From the NCBI RefSeq assembly GCF_009914755.1, contig NC_060939.1: a stretch of DNA of 64,000 nt. One strand, 5' to 3'. The DNA comes from the human T2T-CHM13v2.0 reference genome, Homo sapiens. The notes under the pieces are model-generated. The model did not search any database, was not told where the DNA came from, and saw only the letters and a list, made by a program, of their open reading frames with translations. Positions 26,382-42,794 of this stretch are shown one piece after another. The position numbers and the translations under genes were made by a program. Each line of letters opens with the position of its first letter. Positions within the stretch are counted from its first letter, which is position 1.

Positions 26382-27744
26382 TCAAAGTCCACATTCTGGC
26401 AAAACAACAGCCTTTTAGAATAATATAACGGAATAACAAAGTATTTGTAACTAAATGTCAATTAATAAAACCCAAAATATCAAAACTTGTAGGATGCAGC
26501 TAAACCAGCAAAAGGAAAATATATCTCTTTAACTTAATCAAAATTAAGAAAAACAGAATATTTAGTTTAAAAATGAGAATAAACACATATGAAGTACAAA
26601 AAGAAGGGAAAAATGAAGATAGTGGCAGAAATTAATGACATGAAAAACAAACAACAGTACCAACAAAACCACAATCCTCAAGATGGGAGGAAAGGCAGAA
26701 CATGGCACACTTGAATTACCAAAATGAACTTAAGAAAAGAAGACCTACATAGACCTCAACACATTAAAAACTTAAACCAATTGTAAATGCTGCCCTTATA
26801 AAACACTAAGAGCGAAGTATTTCACGGTAAGTTCTACTTAACCAATCCATATCTTACAGAAGTTGTTTAGAGTAGAAAAGAGAAAGATCCCCAACTCATT
26901 TTATAAAGCTGATCTAACCTTGATACCAAAAGTGGTTCAAGAAAGTATGAGAGGAGAAATCAGTAGACTAATCTCACTTGTGAACACAAATAAAAAACTT
27001 CTAAATAATACATCAGTATTTATACCGCATTGGCAACATTGCATTTAAAAATATATCGTAATCAAGTAGGGCATTATCCAGAAATGCAAAGATATAATAA
27101 TAACAGAGGTGTAACCGATTTATTACTTTGTTAATATACAAAAGGAAAAATGTTTATTTATTATTATTTCAATAGATGTATAAATAATGTTTTGTGAAAT
27201 TCAATACCTATTCATGATTTATTGGAAATAACACTTTCGGTTAGGTAGGAACAGAATATGTCTTCTTTTCCCCAATAAAGGGTATCTTTCAAAAAGCTAT
27301 AGGAAACATCACAACTGATGATGCATCAGAAGCATTCACTCTAAAGTTAAGAACAAGACAAGGTGATATGCTCTTACTGCTTTTATTTCCTATTATACTA
27401 GACATTACAGCCATTTTAACAAAATTAAAAAGAAAGTAAGAATTATAAGGCTTAGCAGGAAAGATATTCACATACAATAACTGTCAGCTTAAAAAATCCA
27501 AGAAAATGTATACGTAAAATATTGGAATTCCAAAGAGAATTCATGAAGGTTCCTGGTCACATTGTCAATACTTATGTCATTAGTGTTAATTTTGCATGAT
27601 CGATCATTAAAAAATAAAATTGCTTAAAAAACAATATTTGTGATAATATTAATAGCCATAAATACCAAGATGTAAAACTAACAAAATATATACCTAAGAT
27701 TTTTCTAAAAATTATGTAATTTCACTGAAAATAAACAAAACACA

Positions 27745-27765
27745 TAGATAGGTAGGCAGATAGAT

Positions 27766-27808
<43 letters not shown>

Positions 27809-27817
27809 TGACAGATA
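27745..27817. repeat. Compound GATA tetranucleotide STR; perfect core (GATA)10 at 27766-27805
   Basis: Read directly. Confidence 0.97.
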
Positions 27818-28911
27818 AATATATATATCATGCTTATGGATAGGAAGGCTCATTATGGTAATGGTGGTGAATCTCCACAGATTAATACAATGTAATTCCA
27901 ATCAATATATCAGTAGGGTTTTATAAAATTTGGCAAACTTATTCTACAACATATATGGAAAAATAAAAAATAATAGTAACAGGAACATTTTGAAGATTTT
28001 GAATAATATAAAGAAACTTTCACAATCAAATATTTAGTCCTTTTGTAAAGCTATTGAGATACTGTTACAAACCAGACCAGTAGATTAATGGAATAGAATA
28101 GAGAACATGGGACCATGGTACTTTTATATATTGACAGTGCTTCTCAGATACATATCAGAACTTGATACATGGCGAAGATGGAATTACAAATTGGTGAAGA
28201 AAGACTAGGTTCTTTCATCATGAAATGTGGAAATATAAATGTTCACAATCTCTGTGGAGAGCAAATTGGTAAAGTCAAGTGAAGTTCAAGACATGCACAA
28301 TCTGAGCATGACCACACATTTCTGAATTTAGGTATTTGTGGTAGCAAGACTCTCATATATGTGATCAGAAACATGTGCACTGAGATCTTTTTTTAAAGCA
28401 TGAATTCAAATAGCAACTGAACTACCCACAAATAAGGAAAAATAAATAAATTATGAACTATGATTTATTAATATAATGGACTATTTCAAGCATTTCATGA
28501 TTTATTGTTTTGGAATCTGGTTTTTATGACACTCTCAGATGAATAAGATATGGGAGGCTATTTCTAAGTTTAACAGTAATGATGGACAATTAGTATAATT
28601 ATGGTTTATTAAATTTTGTTCTGTGTATGTGCATGCATATTTTCTGATTTCATAGATTGCACAATCGTTATTTGCATAACAAAAGCAAAAACATATTTTC
28701 AAGTATAGGTTTCCTTATATCTGGCACAGTTACTAACTACTAGGAGAATTATGTTATCTTGGTGAGAGGAAATTGGGGATGAGATGAGCCTTGTTGAAAT
28801 AAGGTCTGCTTTGGGTAGGAATTGTAGATAGCACCCCTCAATCCAGTCCTATTGGCAGGTCATAGGGAGGACACTGTGATTAAGAATACTCTCCTGTGGA
28901 GAATGGAGTCA

Positions 28912-29342
28912 ATGCCAGCAGAAAAATGGCCCTCCAATGGATACTCATGTCAAACACTCAGTACCAGTAAATGTTACCATATGTGGATAAAGCATCTTTG
29001 AAGATTTAGTTAAGGATCTTGAGATGAGATCATCCTGAATTATCTGACTGCACCCTAAATCTAACGATAAATATCCTTATAAGAGACAAACAGGTTAAAA
29101 TAGACAGACCAAGGAGAAAGTCACATGAAGAAGAAGGAAGAGACTGGAATCATGTTACCACAAGCCAAGCAACAGCCACCAGAAACTGGGAGCAGAATCT
29201 ACTCTAGGTCGTTTCGAGTGTACAGGGCCCTATGGAAACCTTGATTTCAGATTCCTGGTCTCCAGTCATGTGAGAGAATAAATTTGTGTCATTGTAAGCT
29301 ACCCGGTTGTGGTCATTTGTTACAGTAACCACAGAAATATAT
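28912..29342 (+). mobile_element. MaLR solo LTR (MLT1B/C/D-like)
   Basis: 'ttaaggatcttgagatgagatcatcctgaattat', 'accttgatttcagattcctggtctccag...tgtgagagaataaatttg', 'ggtcatttgttacag'. Confidence 0.88.
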
Positions 29343-29812
29343 TGGCCAATGGTATCTGAGCTATACATGGTGACGATTAAGCCAAAGAGGAAATCACTTC
29401 AGTCTTATTTGCCACACTAAAATGGACTCTTTTGAAAGACATAAACCAGTTTGAGATCACCCTGCACAACTGACTGAGTTCAGTCTTCCAAGAGACAGGC
29501 AGCTCCACGGAACCAAGGAGGGCAATGAGCAGTCCCTTCACCTCCCTTCCCAAGCTGAGCATCCTCCCAACCTCGCAAGACCTACATAGGTGCACAGAAA
29601 TCTCTTAAAAAATTCATCTCGTGGGAAAATAGTTGTTTGATGAACTGTAAAGAACTGGGAAGATCGGTGGTCCTTATATCCCTGTGATTTGCAAGATATA
29701 AAAAATTTATTTACTTTGCTTTCTTTTGTTGTATCTTTGTACATTTACATTGTGGGCAGAGTGGCAGAGTGGCCATTAGGCCATTTAGAGAAACGTTTTG
29801 CCCTTAATTCTG

Positions 29813-29816
<4 letters not shown>

Positions 29817-29855
<39 letters not shown>

Positions 29856-29864
29856 TGTGTGTGT
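29817..29864. repeat. (GT)n microsatellite with one interruption
   Basis: Read directly. Confidence 0.97.
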
Positions 29865-31454
29865 AGGGGAGTGATAATTACAGTCAAGGAACATTTCAAT
29901 AGCCCACACCAAAAATTAGGGTAATGGGGACCGGACTCAGTCAACGAACCAAAATGTGCCAGAAATAGCATATCTCATTATTTTGTACAACTCAACTTCA
30001 TTTCAGTGATAAGCTCCCATCACCCTGGACTGTGGAATGCTTAACGTCCATCATTCTTAGGGGTTCTTCTCTCGCTCTTTCTTCCCATAACACTGGAATA
30101 GGGCCAAAATTCTAGAATCTTTTGTTATGCCACATGTTGGGGACATACATTTATCAGTTATTGGTCTTGACCTCTTTGTTGCTACTAAGAATACCCCTGC
30201 ACAGACCTGTATGATCTCTTCAAGTTCACTGGCTCCCTGACACCTTACGTGCTGCTTAGGGCACCACGCTGCTTAATGAGGGTCAAACATGCATGGCTGT
30301 TCCCATCTGAAGTGTGCCCAGCAGCAGGACACTGATTCATATTCTCCAGAACCCATAGGCATCTTCTGGTTTCTCTTCAGGAGCTCCTTTTCAGTAGTTC
30401 ATATATTTCCTTCTCTTTTCCTAGAGCAATATTCCCATTCCTCCCTTTGTTAGCTGCCTCATATAATGTGATCTATGGTTTTAGACTTTCGGAAAGAAAA
30501 TGCAGTAGTGCTTTCTGCCCTCATCACACATTTCAATTGAGACATGGATATCCAGAGCCCAGATCAGCCAAATGAGAGAGAAAATGCAGAGAGAAAAAAT
30601 ATAAACTAACAGTCTCAGAAATGTAGCATCCAGCATCATCTCAGCTGCTTTAAAGCAAGCATTTGCTAAACATTCTGCACTTCAACCTCAAACTTCTTTT
30701 CTGCAGTTATGTTGCAGTGGTCATTCAAACTCAGGGAGAAGAAAGGGAGTAGAGACAAAAGTTCTTCAGAAAATTTAGGAATTTGCCATCAAAATCATCA
30801 CTTTGAAATCCAGACCTAAGTTAATATCCCCAACATTCCAGCTTTCTCTGTCTCCTTTCTTAGGACACGCTCATGAGTGCACCCGTTTATGGCCAGCAGC
30901 TCAGGGTGGGTCTCTGTGTCACCTAGAAATGATGCTGGTGCTTGTCTGATGCTGCTTGTCCCCTTCTAAGAGGACATTTGTGAATGCCAGGGAATCTCAA
31001 TGTAGCTTGTCTTCCACTGATCTGGAGAGAGCTTACCTCAGGTAAGGTTGCTAGGTCAGTTCAATTTCCAAGGGGAAAGTATGCTCTGTGACAATGACAT
31101 TTTTAAATCTCCGTGCTTAGCAGAACTTGACGACTTCACTCCACCCTCACCTATTCAATTGTATACTCACTGAAAAAAACCTCAGAGACATTGAGATGCT
31201 GAAAAAATGCAAAGAAATTATCATTTTAAAAAAAGTAGCATACCTACTTTGAAAGTCTACCTGGATATAATGCTTTAAAAATCTGTAAAGAAACATTTTC
31301 ATTTCTTCAGGGGTCTTGGGGTAGAGTCACTCAAAGAATCTGACCAAATGAGACATTTTTGATTAGCTACTCTCTTGTCATGCAACCCCCATGCCCACAA
31401 CACACACACACAATGTTATTCACCTTTCTTTAATATTCAGTAAAATACTGGGTA

Positions 31455-32405
<951 letters not shown>

Positions 32406-32810
32406 CCAAATGGAACCACAGAAAATGAGCTACATAAGGAAACACAGGTAAAACCTTTGCTAAAATGTGTCATACATGGTAGATCCTAGATTACGGTTCA
32501 TTTGACTTTTAATGCTATTTCCTACCCCTTGATTTTATTTAAGTTTTTCTTACTCCTCTGTGACTGGCCTCCCCTCATTTCCAAATGTCTATATTGTACA
32601 CATCTTTCCAGATTCAAATACTGCCTTTTCCACAAGTCTTCCTTCGTTTGTTGAATTGGGTGTGATTGGGAAGTGATGGCCTCCTTGTGTAAAATTCCTG
32701 GAATGCTCCCTTCACCTCTCCATCAACACAGCACTTTCCACTGTCTGAAAGTCTCGTGGGCAGAGCATTCATTTATATGTCCAGTCAGGTCCTTTATAGG
32801 AGTCATTGCT

Positions 32811-33212
<402 letters not shown>

Positions 33213-33764
33213 TTAACTCTAAGAGCCCAGACTTTCTGAACATGGGTCACACAGGATACTAAGTATAAGAAGACTGGTGTAAGTCTATTGCTATTATTGG
33301 CAAGATCTCTAGACAAATTAGAAATATTCATCAAAACATTGTCTATTAATTCATTCTTCATGTAATAAACTATGCTCAAAGTGGAAACACTCACACACTA
33401 GAAAAGAGGACATGACAAAATCAGATAGCTAAGATAAATATACATGTAAGCATTTACTTATTTCTTATCCTCCTCTTACTATTATTAGAAGACTAGGCTT
33501 ATCTCATATTAAATACATAATTGAGAGGATTGGCCTTTAGAATTCTTTATTTGCTTACCCCCTAAAATTAGCTGAAAAAAAAAACAACAAAAACAAACCA
33601 ATGTGCCGTCTCACCTAATACAAATATTGGTATCTGAAATTTCATTGAAAGTTTAGATGGTTTCAAAGGATAAAGTTCTGGCAAATTTTTAGATAGAATG
33701 GTTATGTCACACATTTAAATACATCAGTAGAATCCAGATACCATCATCATCTGAAATTTACTAA

Positions 33765-34040
<276 letters not shown>

Positions 34041-34782
34041 TACATCTTTCTTTTTCCTTTTCTGAATTCTAATTTGAACTGTTTTCTCTCCCATAGATTA
34101 TCTTAATGTACACTTTTGCCGGAAATTATTAATCACTCTATTATACACATCTATGACAAAATATGCATATATAATATGTATACTTAGATAGAAATATTTT
34201 AATATGTTTTCCTGTGAACATAACTATTAAAACATTTTTCTGATTGCGGTATCATTACAATTATTAATAACACTAAGCCGATTTATAAACATTATAGATT
34301 ACTAATTCTGATAGTTATTAAAGATCAATAAAATTTAATCAGAATTGCATTCCTTGATACGATAAATCATGCCTCAAATTTTTTATGCATTTAATTAAAA
34401 AGAAAGATATATGCTAGTAAGAACTAGTTTGTCTGGAAGCAGTTACATTATTTTTAAAAAATAGGAAGCAGAAATTGTTAAACCTTTTAACAATTTTAGA
34501 ATAAAATAAAATGATAATTGACTGTAATTCATATAAATATTTAGTAATAATTTTTAAAAATTACATGTTAATAACTCCTTGAATAACACAGAGAATATGA
34601 AATATGTCACATCACATTTTTATCTGGAGTTCTATCCAGTGTCTCTTGAAAACTTTGGTAGTCCCATTAAATATTCTAATTACATTAAATGCTTTAAAAT
34701 CACCCTACCTACTTTGCATATGCCGCTCTAAAGAAGCTGTGCTTTCCAGCTCTTGACTTGTCCTAGTGATGACTAATGAATA

Positions 34783-35529
<747 letters not shown>

Positions 35530-35869
35530 AATAGAGCTAAAAATTGTTGCTGACATTAAATATGTGAAAAATAAGAAGCAATTTTTAGCATTCCGGTTTC
35601 TTTTTTTTAATTTTCCTTTTCTTTCTTCTTTCCAGCTGATGCTGTCTTTACTTTTCCCCCCTCCTTGGGCTACTTTGACCATTGGCAAGTAGTAGAAGAA
35701 TTCAAACCCTTACACCAATGTTTCTGTTACTTGGACTTCAGTGAGAGAGCAGAAGACAGCTTCTTCAGCTGGTAGGGAAGACAGAAATCCTGCTGTGGTT
35801 ATGGGTTTATGGTAGCTTGATTACAATTATTAGAAAAGTTTCCCTTGATACTTAAAGATTTTTATTCCT

Positions 35870-36012
35870 GCCGGGTGCAGTGGCTCACGCCTGTAATCCC
35901 AGCTCTCAGGGAGGCAAGAGGCGGGAGGATAGCTTGAGCCCAGGAGTTCGAGACCTGCCTGGGCAATATAGCAAGATCCCGTTCTCCACAAAAAGGAAAA
36001 AAAAAAAAAGAC
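35870..36012 (+). pseudogene. BC200 (BCYRN1) RNA retropseudogene, truncated in the A-rich domain
   Basis: BC200-diagnostic 'cccagctctcagggaggc..agaggcgggaggatagcttgagcccaggagttcgagacctgcctgggcaatatagc' and 'cgttctcca.aaaaaggaaaa...agac'; perfect 15-bp TSD aagatttttattcct at 35855-35869 and 36013-36027. Confidence 0.93.
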
Positions 36013-36369
36013 AAGATTTTTATTCCTTAGAATGACGGATCACACTAAGTTTGAGAACAGTTGCAGTAAATGTCTTTCTTATGTAAAGTAGAAGGGCTAA
36101 GAAACATGCTAGTGAATTTTTTAGGCTAATCGCTTTTCAAAAAGAGGCTACATGGAAGATGAACCTGTAGAGATGAACTCTCTAAAATCTACTCATGAGC
36201 ATATACCTGCTGTAAAGCCTTTATGTTCCCTCAAGAGTATTCAAGAAACCCGACTTCAAATCTCAAATGATTTTTCTTGGAAATGTATAGCTCGTTCTGA
36301 GTAATTTCTCTTTTATTATATTAAGGAGTTGAGACAATTATGAACATTTCTATTTATGCACTGGAATAA

Positions 36370-36523
36370 TAGTCCTTAACCTGACATACTTTCCTGGAGC
36401 TTCAAGAAAATCTATGAAGCCCCTATAATTTTGTATGTAAGTACATATGTCTGCTTTTGTGGGATATGGAGTTAGAGCTTTTATCAGATTCCAGAGGAAT
36501 CTGTGGCCCCAGAAGAGTCACTG
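36370..36523. mobile_element. Probable MER103-like hAT-Charlie fragment
   Basis: 'gcttttatcagattccagaggaatctgtggccccagaag'. Confidence 0.5.
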
Positions 36524-36874
36524 TATTTTCTTTCCTCCTTGATTTTTGTAGAATCTCTAAAGACTTACCAAAAAATAAAAAATAAAGAGTAAAATGAAAG
36601 CGAATAGTGGATCAGTGTACTGCTTTTTAAAAAGCAAATGTGTGCTGAGTAGAAGCAAAATCTTAAGAGAGTAAAGCTGCATGTTAGATTCAAAATCTGA
36701 AAGCCTTTCCTGCAGGAACAAGATGCCAAGTTTCACGTGGGGAATTTCAAATGAAACATACCTCACAGGATGCGAATGTCCCAACAAAAATTAAATATTT
36801 TTCTTCAAGGCTGACTTTTTCCTGACTTATCCTGACTTTTTCCCTGAAAAATCTCCAAACCCTTGGTAGAAAGA

Positions 36875-37090
36875 TTAATAGTAATGATGCCAATAGCTAT
36901 GTTTAATAATCAACTAGTATATTCCATGCACTTTACATAAGAAAACTATCCCTTAGACACCTGCCACATCTTTAGAAATGGAACAAATACGGCTCAGAAA
37001 CATTCAGTAAGTTGCCCTAGGTCATAGGATCAGCAAGTGGAGACCTACTTGGAGCCCACATACGTCTGATTCTCTGCTCCATCTCATCTT
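36875..37090 (-). mobile_element. MIR
   Basis: 'ggctcagaaacattcagtaagttgccctaggtcatagg...aagtggagac'. Confidence 0.75.
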
Positions 37091-38139
37091 ATTCTGGTGA
37101 AATGACTTCACTGGACTAAGCTGCCAGTTCCAGAGACAACGGCCATCAATACATTGTCCCAGCCTGTCAAATGTTACTTGATAAAATTTGGAAATCTCGG
37201 CCACAAAGACCAAGAATTAAGAGTGGCCGTGTTCCATGACCCACCTTATCTGAGCTGCATCGTGCTCTTTCTGTGTGCTTATGGTGAGGTTGCAGCATCC
37301 TCTCATATTTCCTTGGCTTCTTGTACCTGTCAAGCATCTCCAAATCAAAGGGGCTTTCTTGCATTGACTCACTTATTTCAGCATGACTTCTGAGTCTCTA
37401 AAGAAGATATATTCGACGTGAATGAGGCTTTTCCTCCTTGAGTCTCTCTCCTGCACTGAATTATGTCTCACATCCCATGCTCCTTCTGCTGCAGTATATT
37501 ATTTCTCCCCAATTTCTCATTTGTTTTCTAGACACTTCTACCTGGGGTGTCCAGTCTCTTGAGCTCATCATCTTGTTTGTTTTCTACTTGCCTTAAGGCT
37601 TGGAGGGATTTTACCTCTTCAAAGCTCAGTCCATTGGCTCATGGAATCCTAACAGCATGCATGATCAAAGCCATTGGCATTCAAATGATTCCCCAAACTC
37701 CCTCACCTTTTCTCTTCTGAAGTTAAAATAATGAGTAAAAATCAGTTACAAGCAGATGTTTTATTTGCATTTTCATTTGTAGCAGTTTAAACTAGTTTGT
37801 CTAGGTCATCCATTTGAATGGGAATTATTCTCAATAAAAACACATTTAACTTTGATAAAGTAGGCAATACTCAACTCGCTTCCTGGTGGGTATCCTCTGA
37901 GTTCCCAGTTCATGATGTTTTCTCTTTGAACATTTGGCCACAAATCAATGGTCAAAACATGTTTTACATCATCCAATTGGGTTTTAATATATAAGCTTCA
38001 TCTTAGGGACTTTGCCTTTTTTATTCAGTTTGTGCTGCATGTCACACACTTGGAGATTTTAAGTATCAATTGAAAGCTTTAATACAGACCACATTGTTGC
38101 TATTTGGCACAGTGTTGAAGGTCTCTTATGAGATGCTGT

Positions 38140-38270
38140 CTCATAACTAAATGCTCAGCATTTTGAGGTCGGGAGCCACACCTAATGCATATTAATAGCC
38201 ATGACACTTAGCATGATACCTGATATTTGTTAGAGCAGAGACGCTTATGCGCTAGATGAATGGATGCAGG
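38140..38270 (+). mobile_element. L2 3' terminus fragment
   Basis: 'acacttagcatgatacctgata...gatgaatggatg'. Confidence 0.5.
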
Positions 38271-38935
38271 CTTTCTTCCATAAACTAAAATAATATTCTT
38301 AATATACTGTTTATAAGTTATGTACTTTCCCTTAATGAAAGCTCACTTGAACGTGGCCCTCCTACCCCTCCAAAGCATTTCATTGGCTGGTGAAGATTCT
38401 GGCTCATGTGTCACCAGGAAACAGACATCAGCTGACTTGCACCTAGAGGGAATATAGTTGCTGCCACCTCCCTCCCGGGAAAGTGAAGCCTCAGAGATTT
38501 GACTTGGATTGAGACCCTTTGAAGATAGGATGTGTCGGGAGATTGCAGTTGAGAGTGTAGCTGGGTATCCACCAGCCATAGATCAATGGAAGATAAAGTC
38601 TCCAACTTGGTGAATATAAAATCAAGAAGCCAGGGTGATTCCTAGCAGCAAGTCCTAGCAGACCAGGGAGAGAGCAAGCAAATCATTTACCATGAAGGTT
38701 TACACCCAAGGACCAGAAAAGGATGAGCAAACTGCTCCAGAGGCCAAACTGAAGATGTTCCTGGAAGCGATGAGAGACAGGGAAACAGCCGTTTATGGTG
38801 AGAATGTGGAACTCTGGGATGCCAGGAGAATAGGATGGAGCAGGTGAGGTCCCTCAGAGGGAAGGAGAGATGAGTTAAGCAAACACAAAGCCAACCCGTT
38901 TCCTGAGATGAAGGGCTTTAAGAAAAAATGTCAGA

Positions 38936-39251
<316 letters not shown>

Positions 39252-39833
39252 TCAGGATCATCCCGAAGTCAGGCAGCTGCTTCTGGAGAAACCAGTGGGG
39301 AGGGCAGCAAGGGGTGGCGGGGGCATGGTCTTCCCTTCTCTCCTCCACTGCGTTTGGGGCCATTTGTTTTAAAAGTGGAGAGAGAAGCTGGCAGCTGTTT
39401 TCCTGGGTGATACTTTAAGACTCTGTTCTAGTGGAGTTACTTCAGGCCCGGTAGCAAATGTGGGGCAGGGTTGGCAAGGGAGTCAAACACACCACCCCTG
39501 CCTCAAACCTGACCTGAATCTGCCACCTCCAGGACTGTCAGCACTGGGAGTGCCCAGTTCTCAGCACAAATATTGGGCTCGGTTCTCCGGGTGTCACCAT
39601 TAGCAGAAGCAGGGTGATGCTCTTTCACGCAGCAGCTTGGGTAATGAATGATGACACATGAATGCCCACGCAAAAAAAAATAAATGAACAGCACAGACCA
39701 TGTGAATGTAGCTGGCAGGCATGTTTGTGAGCTCCTGTGAGGTTTCCCTCTGGGAACTCCCAGACCCTGGGAGAGGGACTGAAATTGAGATAGAGATAGC
39801 ATTAAATGTAGTAATGCATGCAAAGAACCTAGT

Positions 39834-40173
39834 AACCCGCTTCTTTCAGTTCAGGGGCTCAGGTGGCTGGAGCCTGTCCTGGCTACTCAGGGCACAAGGC
39901 CAGATCAGCTCTGACAGGAGGCCATCCTGTCGCAGTGCACACTCACACCCATGCTCCCTCACACTGAGACCATGTAGACACTCCAACTAACCTAATGTAT
40001 ATGTCTTTGGGATGTAGGAGGAAACCCGAGTACCCAGAGAACAGCCAGGCAGACATGGGGAGAACTTGCAAACTCCACACACACAGTGGCCCTGGCTAGG
40101 AATGGATTTAATTTCTCATCAATGTTATAACAAAATGACATTGAACTAAATAATGTTATTTGAGAAACTGCTG
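39834..40173 (+). mobile_element. MER6 (TcMar-Tigger) right-hand part
   Basis: 'gggatgtaggaggaaacccgagtacccagagaac...gacatggggagaacttgcaaactccacac'; terminus 'gttatttgagaaactgctg' followed by TA. Confidence 0.85.
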
Positions 40174-40175
40174 TA

Positions 40176-41124
40176 CTTGATAATTATAATAAAAGACTAT
40201 ATTACTAGTTTATGTATTTACTATACTTTTTATCATTATTTTAGAGTGTATACCTTCTACTTATTAAAAAAATTAACTGTACAAGAGCTTCAGGCAGGGG
40301 CTTCAGGCTATATTCCAGAACAAGGCATTATTACAAGAGATAGTTCTAGGTGTGTTATTGCCCTGAAAGACCTTCCTGTGCGACAGAATGTCAAGGTGGA
40401 AAACAGTGATATTGATGATCCTGACCCTGCATAGACCTAGACTTATCCGCAAATCTGTACATTTTTGTCTTAGTTTTTAACAAAAAAGTTTTAAAACAGT
40501 AAAAATAAAATTAACAGAAAAAAGCTTACAGGCTAAAAAATCTAACAAAAACTTTTGCACAGCTATGTATTAAGCTAAATGTTATTTCAGAAGAGTCAGA
40601 AAGTTAAAAAATTAATAAGTTTATAAAGGAAAAAAGTTACAGTGAGCTACGGTTAATTTATTATTGAAGAAGAAAATATTTTTGCAAATTTAGCACAGCG
40701 TAAGTGTACAGTATTTATCAAGTCTGTACAGTAATGTCCTCAGCCTTCACATTCACTCACCACTCACTGGCTCACGCAGAGCAGCTTCCAGTCCCGAAAG
40801 CTCCATTCTTGGTAAGTGCTCTAGACAGGCAGACTATTGTTTATCTTTTAAATTGTATTTTCACCATGCCTTTTCTATGTTTAGATATGTGTGTATATAC
40901 TAATAGTTACCATTTTGTTACAATTGCCTGCAGTATTAAGGACAACAACATGCTGTACAGATCTGCAGCTTAGGAGCAATAGGCTACAACTTATAGCCTA
41001 GGTGTATAGTTGGCTATATCATCTGGGCTTGTGTAAGCACACTCTATGATGTTCCCAAAAGGATGCAACTGCTTAAGAACACATTTTGTAGAATGTACCC
41101 CCATCATCAAGTGGCACATGACTG
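40176..41124 (+). mobile_element. Tigger3b-like DNA transposon, left end missing
   Basis: 'ggtggaaaacagtgatattgatgatcctgaccctg', 'ccttcacattcactcaccactcactg'; TIR 'ccccatcatcaagtggcacatgactg' followed by TA. Confidence 0.88.
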
Positions 41125-41939
41125 TAAGCAAAGTTAAGAACTGCTAGAAAACTAAAAGTAAAGATTCCACTAAGTTTGCTAAACAGTGTGCCGTCGTCAG
41201 CACAGCAGCTGTCAAACATTTGCCTGTATTGAACAGATACTGATAAATGAATTTCTAATTTGCCAATAGAGATTATATGTAACTTTAAGATATAACATTT
41301 AAGATTAAAAAGTTTAGATCTTCAGGAATTCACTTTTAGCCCTCCTCCAGCTCCATTTCTTCCACCTGCTTTGATCAGCCCTTTGACAGTTTCCACCTTT
41401 GAGATCCACCCCAATATTTTCTGGTGAGTCTCCCCAGCCATCCTTCTTTTGTTCTGATTTCAAGGTCAAAGAATGCCTCTGATTCCAATTTTGTGGGCCC
41501 TTGGTTTCCAAATAACCTTTGTAGCTTTGTACTTAATAGCTGATTAATCTTACCTCTTCTAGATGGTTTTGTATGCTTCTTTTTTTTCTGTGGTGCCTTT
41601 AGTGAAAAGTAAACCTTTGCATCCGCATTATTTTAGCAATATAGCTAATTGTCATTATTAATATTACTATTGCTACTATTGCTATTATTATTATTGTATT
41701 CTTCTTTAAAGGCCATTTCTAGGCAAAATTGAACCAAAATATGTCTTTGCTCAAGTTCCTTTCTATTCCTTTTCAGTTATAACATTGCTCCTGCTGCTGA
41801 GATGAGGGACTCACACATAGACAGTTCATATGTCTGGATAGCTACTGAGAGGGTGAAAGGAAAGACACCATTAAGAAGAGAAAAAGATGGCTGGAGTTCA
41901 AAACCAAGGTCATATATATAAGCGGTTTTGTTCTTTTTT

Positions 41940-42110
41940 TTCTTAAAAATGTGTCATGAATATTTTCAATGAGTAGACATTCTTAGATATGATTTTAATG
42001 CCCAAATAGTATTCCATTGTATGGATAAACCATAATTTGTTTTTCATTATTCTTAATTCTGATGTTTAATTCATTTGTATTATTACCAGTGTTAACATGT
42101 GCTTTTTTTG
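41940..42110 (-). mobile_element. L1M fragment
   Basis: 'atagtattccattgtatggataaaccataattt'. Confidence 0.6.
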
Positions 42111-42737
42111 AATTCTACTCACTTTTACAACACAGTTTGCAAAAAAAGAGCAATAATATATTTAATTAATTGCATAAATATTGTTTTATCCTTATTGATG
42201 ACAATGTTGCTGAGACTGTTAGTTAACTGTTAGTTGGCAAGTAGAAATGTATGTTAATGAGGTTATGTCTGAAAGTCAAAATAAATATAGTGAATGTGGC
42301 TTAGGGTGTCAATGATTTTTGTGTGAAAATGCCTGTTTTTTTAAAGAGATGCATGCACAAAATTTGAATAATGCCTACATGCCAGCAATAACCAATTAGA
42401 ATAAATATTGGGAAAAATGATTTTAAAAATCAGACTTCTTTTTCAAAAATAAAAACAGTCCCACAAAACACTAAATACTGTTTCAATTAAATTTTTTGAA
42501 AACTTACAATTTGGTGGTAAAAATTGCTTTTGAAAATGAATTTTTACTACCTAAATAAATTTCAAACTATTTTAGAATTTAAAGCAATCATGGATGCATA
42601 CTCAAAAAATATATTTATATATTTTATTGGATTTAAAATAGTCTAATTTAAATTAATTTTGAAACATTGTAAGAGCTCTTAGAATTGGACAACCTTTAGA
42701 CATGTAAATCTGTTTCTTAAATTTGATACAGATATAT

Positions 42738-42794
42738 ATATATATTTTTAAATTTCATTATTATTATACTTTAAGTTTTAGGGTACATGTGCAC
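42738..42794 (-). mobile_element. Ultra-short 5'-truncated primate L1PA insertion
   Basis: Reverse strand 'gtgcacatgtaccctaaaacttaaagtataataata' is the extreme 3' end of young L1PA; TSD gatacagatatat at 42725-42737 and 42795-42807. Confidence 0.92.

Noticed and set aside
26863-27048. RT-like peptide
   Set aside because: Dead L1 ORF2 fragment, interrupted on both sides; not a functional reverse transcriptase system
35870-36012. The functional BCYRN1 gene itself
   Set aside because: It lacks the unique 3' C-rich domain, has substitutions, and is bounded by its own TSD, so it is a retrocopy
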